This document shows, piece by piece, positions 62,618 through 64,000 of a stretch of 64,000 nt of DNA. The stretch's first letter is position 1; each line of letters begins with the position of its first letter. Both the position numbers and the translations under genes were made by a program. The notes beneath the pieces were generated by a model. That model was not told where the DNA came from and did not search any database. It was given only the letters and a program-made list of their open reading frames with translations. The stretch is from a phage: sequence record PX880102.1. One strand, written 5' to 3'.

Positions 62618-63773
62618 TTAACTGCTCGAGGTCAGTTTCTAAATCAGCTGCTGATTTACTTTTACTTTCTGGGGATTTAAATTTTTCAACCTTTGAGTTA
62701 ATCAATTCATCAACTTCAGCTTCAACAATTTCATTACTATCAATAGCACCTAACTGATAAGCACGTTTAATAGCATCTCGGAATGGTTGATGCTTAAATA
62801 AAGGACCCCAGAATGTAGTGCAGTTAGTATCTTTTGCACGCCAAGATTTTTCTTCGCGAATCATCTCACCGGTTTCTTCGTCAAGAAATTCACGAGCATA
62901 CCAACCATTTTTAGGTTTTACTACAAATCCTAATTCTAGGGCCATATCTAACAATCCAGAATAAGGATCGATACCACCGTCAAATTTAACATCAATAAAG
63001 AATTTACTTTTTTCTTTAACAGTACGAGATTTTTCTACATTTAGAACAAATTGATACCCCTGAAGATCAGAACCATCTTTAATCTGACGCTTACCGATAA
63101 TGAATACAGTATCAGCCGAATACATTACGCCTGTACCACCTGTCATCACGGTTTTACTAAACATTTCAATTGTTTCAATTGTATGGTTAACCGCAACGCA
63201 TGGAATATTTTTAATGCTAAAGTAAGGAGTAACAATACGGAATAATGACTTCAGCGATTTAGCACGAGTCATATCTGCCACAGATTTTTCATTCAAGGCA
63301 TCTTCCGTTTCTTTCTTAGAAGCCATATTACCGATTGAGTCGATGAATACAATAACTTTTTCACCACGCTCAATAGCTTCAAGCTGGTTCACCATATCAA
63401 TTTTCAGCTGTTCAACTGACTGGATTGGCGTATGAATTACTCGTTCCGGGTCAACTCCCATGGATCGCAAATAAGCTGGAGTAATACCAAATTCGCTATC
63501 ATAGAATAGACAAACCGCGTCAGGATATTTGTTCAAATATGCCGCAACCATAGTCAAAGACATATTTGATTTAAAGTGTTTAGAAGGCCCTGCGAAAATA
63601 GTTAAACCAGACTGCATACCGCCATCAATCGCACCAGAAATAGCAATATTAAGCATTGGGATTTTTGTACGGATTACATCCTTTTCATTAAAGAATTTAG
63701 ATGTAGTCAGTTCAGCAGTCATTTTAGAAGTGGAAGCTTTAATCAAACGGGATTTTAAATCTGCAATAGACAT
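62592..63773 (-). CDS. uvsX: UvsX recombinase, RecA-like (393 aa)
   Basis: RecA fold motifs; size; position. Confidence 0.95.
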   Translation of the reverse strand: MSIADLKSRLIKASTSKMTAELTTSKFFNEKDVIRTKIPMLNIAISGAIDGGMQSGLTIFAGPSKHFKSNMSLTMVAAYLNKYPDAVCLFYDSEFGITPAYLRSMGVDPERVIHTPIQSVEQLKIDMVNQLEAIERGEKVIVFIDSIGNMASKKETEDALNEKSVADMTRAKSLKSLFRIVTPYFSIKNIPCVAVNHTIETIEMFSKTVMTGGTGVMYSADTVFIIGKRQIKDGSDLQGYQFVLNVEKSRTVKEKSKFFIDVKFDGGIDPYSGLLDMALELGFVVKPKNGWYAREFLDEETGEMIREEKSWRAKDTNCTTFWGPLFKHQPFRDAIKRAYQLGAIDSNEIVEAEVDELINSKVEKFKSPESKSKSAADLETDLEQLSDMEEFNE

Positions 63774-63850
63774 TCATTTTTTCCATAGGCATCATTATAT
63801 TTTCCTCACTGGTTAAAGATAGAGTAATTATAACACAATAAATTTAGGCA

Positions 63851-64000
63851 TTAATCAACTGCTATTGGATGAATAGCATTAAACTTATGAAATGCTTCTG
63901 ATTTTTCTTTACGCGAAACGCACATGCGAAGAACCTTTAGTGGTTCATCTTCTTCACCCAACGATTTTCGTTTTTCAATATTAGAAGTTTTCCAACGAGC
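63851..64000 (-). CDS. 3' end of a gene upstream of uvsX running off the window (T4 has a glucosyltransferase here)
   Basis: 50 open codons ending at TAA 63851-63853. Confidence 0.4.
   Translation of the reverse strand, partial: ARWKTSNIEKRKSLGEEDEPLKVLRMCVSRKEKSEAFHKFNAIHPIAVD

Overview
This window reads as a contiguous 64 kb segment of a T-even (T4-like, Tevenvirinae) phage genome, colinear with the T4 map from the gene 30.x cluster across the rII region to uvsX. All calls rest on my reading of the translated ORFs, motifs and gene order compared with T4 from memory; no database search was run. About 115 coding regions are tightly packed, mostly on the minus strand, with frequent ATGA/TAATG start-stop overlaps. 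The plus strand carries only the long tail fibre genes 34-38, the holin t and one doubtful small ORF. Recognisable genes, in window order: rIII, 31, cd, pseT, alc, rnlA, denA, nrdB, nrdA, td, frd, 32, 59, 33, dsbA, rnh, 34-38, t, asiA, arn, motA, 52, ac, stp, ndd, denB, rIIB, rIIA, 39, dexA, dda, modA, modB, soc, 56, 61, sp, dmd, 41, 40, uvsX. Regulatory signals are T4-type: about 15 copies of a conserved early promoter module, TATAAATA late promoters, MotA-box middle promoters, hairpin plus T-run terminators and the gene 32 translational operator. I found no tRNA, CRISPR array, IS element, integrase, intron or homing endonuclease. The backbone is T2-like rather than T4-like: td and nrdB are uninterrupted, gene 39 is unsplit, and the fibre tip is a gp37 with a C-terminal chaperone domain plus a glycine-rich gp38 adhesin. 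I did not find a clearly novel system. The best candidates for a second look are the variable small-gene islands: tandem paralogs flanked by a direct repeat between 61 and 41, an extra ORF between frd and td, a plus-strand membrane ORF between 56 and 61, a micro-ORF chain between ndd and denB, and a YbiA/NADAR-like gene in the 30.x cluster.
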